From the NCBI GenBank assembly GCA_030019445.1, contig JASEEU010000002.1:38995-62994 (forward strand): a stretch of DNA of 24,000 nt, written 5' to 3'. The DNA comes from Anaerosomatales bacterium. GTDB lineage: Bacteria > Actinomycetota > Coriobacteriia > Anaerosomatales > Anaerosomataceae. The translations under genes were made by a program, and so were the position numbers. Below the pieces are notes generated by a model. That model had not been told where the DNA came from, did no database searches, and was given only the letters and a program-made list of their open reading frames with translations. Shown in pieces: positions 22,744 to 24,000 of the stretch. Each line of letters begins with the position of its first letter. Within the stretch, counting starts at the first letter, position 1.

Positions 22744-24000
22744 TCACTCGGCGGTCAGCACAGCCAAGACTTCCCGCTCTACCGCATCGCCGACGACGTC
22801 GGGCTCTCCCAGGAGCCAGACGTCTGCCATGCCATCGGCGTGGCGTCGCAGGTAGGCGCGCGTGGACGCCGTGAGGTCGGCGCCGTTCACGAGAAGGATC
22901 GGCGATCTGCTCCGCCCGCCCACCGATGAGCCGGCGAGCGCGTCAGGGAAGTTGCGGCCGGTGGCCAGCACCATCCGCCCGGGGAGCAGCCCGCGCGCGA
23001 GGCCGTGCTCGGCGAGCAGCGCCGCGGTCTCGAAGCGGTCCGCCCCGCCCACGCGGGTCGGGCGCGGACACGCGCTCTGGACCCGGGTCCCCACCACGTC
23101 GACGCCGCCGACGAGCACGGTCGAGGAGATACCGTACTCGCGCAGGATCGTCTTGGAGGCCGAGGGAAGACCGTACGACTCGGTGAGGACGATCGGCCAG
23201 TCGTTCGCGACGGCGAGCGGCCCGGCGGCGACGGCGTCGGGCCAGTTGCGCCCGTTGACCACGACCACGGTGGTGATCGACCGGCTCGGGTCACGCATGC
23301 GGCGGGCGATGGCGAGCGCGGTCTCGAAGCGGTTGACGCCGGCCACGCGCTCCACATGCGTGCATCCGGCGATCGAGGAGAGCTCGCGTTGGACGCGCCC
23401 CGAGACGACGTCGGTGCCGCCGAGCACGACGGCGTTGCGCGCGCCCAGCCGCCGGATCTCAGCGGCGATCTCATCAGGGAGGTACCCCGGGTTCGTGAGG
23501 AGGACAGGCGCCCGCAAAGCACCCGCCAGCGGTGCGCCCGCGAGCGCGTCGGGGAAGTCGCGCTCGGTGGCGAGCACCACCCACCGCGCACCCTCCGGGA
23601 ACGCCTCCCGGGAGATCTCGACGGACGTGAGCCCGCGGTTCCGACCGGCGAGGCGCTCGACGTTCGGAGGTGTCTCGCGGGTCACAAGGCCGGCGTCGCC
23701 CCAGAGGAAGAGGCGGTGGAAGAAGTTGCTCTCGTCATTCGTCCAGTCGGTGAACACCAGGCGCGCGTCGCGCGTCCCGTCGCGCACGAACACGGGGTCT
23801 GAGTACAGCACGCCCGGCTCGGCGGGGGAGACGACGCGGTCCTTGTGCCAGGTCAGGCCCCGGTCTGCCGAGGTCCAGAGCTCGATCCGGCCGCCCCGGC
23901 CCCGGTAGTCGTTGTCAACGCTCCCGCGGGCGTCGCTGTCTCCCGTGACGAGGAACGCCTCCACTCCGCCGCCCGGAAGACACTCGAACGCGGCGGCATC
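22744..24000 (-). CDS. Secreted or cell-surface protein: BNR/Asp-box beta-propeller fragment plus three CWB2 cell-wall-binding repeats. The N-terminus lies beyond the window.
   Basis: The frame is open to nt 24000 (the track's M at 23964 is an internal GTG). Asp-box SADRGLTW is present. Three units of about 100 aa carry (E)RxAGxNRxxT..FPDALAG..PxLL..xxLGG. Confidence 0.85.
   Translation of the reverse strand, partial: DAAAFECLPGGGVEAFLVTGDSDARGSVDNDYRGRGGRIELWTSADRGLTWHKDRVVSPAEPGVLYSDPVFVRDGTRDARLVFTDWTNDESNFFHRLFLWGDAGLVTRETPPNVERLAGRNRGLTSVEISREAFPEGARWVVLATERDFPDALAGAPLAGALRAPVLLTNPGYLPDEIAAEIRRLGARNAVVLGGTDVVSGRVQRELSSIAGCTHVERVAGVNRFETALAIARRMRDPSRSITTVVVVNGRNWPDAVAAGPLAVANDWPIVLTESYGLPSASKTILREYGISSTVLVGGVDVVGTRVQSACPRPTRVGGADRFETAALLAEHGLARGLLPGRMVLATGRNFPDALAGSSVGGRSRSPILLVNGADLTASTRAYLRRHADGMADVWLLGEPDVVGDAVEREVLAVLTAE
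22747..23658 (-). repeat. Three tandem CWB2 (cell wall binding repeat 2) modules, protein-level repeat
   Basis: The repeats start at ERLAGRNRGLTS, VERVAGVNRFET and TRVGGADRFETA. Each contains (F/W)PDA(L/V)A(A)G and a terminal (L)GG..VV motif. Confidence 0.8.

Noticed and set aside
20666-22747. A single 693-aa ORF spanning the sufB-like gene and running on across sufC.
   Set aside because: Only the C-terminal 417 aa (from MSAIEQRK, ATG 21919) look like SufB/D. The upstream 276 aa are an Arg/Pro-rich out-of-frame read-through of the sufC coding region, and sufC has its own clean frame and motifs.
1-24000. CRISPR arrays, IS elements or terminal inverted repeats, toxin-antitoxin pairs and known defence-system genes.
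   Set aside because: Scanning by eye found no regularly spaced direct repeats, no transposase, integrase or recombinase motifs, and no nuclease, helicase or NTPase combinations typical of defence islands. A computational repeat search would be needed to exclude short or degenerate repeats.

Overview
Very GC-rich bacterial chromosomal window (by eye at least two-thirds G+C, with a strong G/C bias at third codon positions). It looks like an Actinomycetota-type genome, and several features suggest an anaerobe. All calls come from reading the sequence and the ORF track by eye; no searches were run. Contents in order: (1) the end of a NitT/TauT-type ABC importer. (2) A minus-strand signalling operon: a PAS-PAS hybrid histidine kinase with two fused receivers, followed by two receiver-only response regulators. 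(3) tRNA-Arg(CCT) and an orphan phosphoribosyltransferase. (4) The conserved actinobacterial cell-wall/division cluster fhaA-fhaB-pstP-rodA/pbpA-pknB, here with RodA (SEDS) and the class B PBP fused in one reading frame, a polytopic membrane protein in the pknA position, and an extra non-RD Ser/Thr kinase fused to a roughly 8-9 helix membrane domain, followed by tRNA-Leu(CAG). (5) A SlyD-like FKBP. (6) A small accessory-looking block (15.6-18.9 kb): two divergent SemiSWEET (PQ-loop, 3-TM) paralogs bracket a DUF2177-like membrane protein, a HemN/HemW-like radical SAM enzyme, a 70-aa Cys-rich protein and a 47-aa CxxC zinc-ribbon ORF that is missing from the ORF track. (7) A cation/H+ antiporter-USP fusion. 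(8) A two-gene minimal SUF-like Fe-S module (SufC-like ATPase with a CxxCxxC tail, plus SufB/D). (9) The C-terminal part of a BNR plus 3x CWB2 surface protein. I saw no CRISPR array, IS element, integrase or recognisable defence system. The many long ORFs antisense to these genes are high-GC shadow frames.
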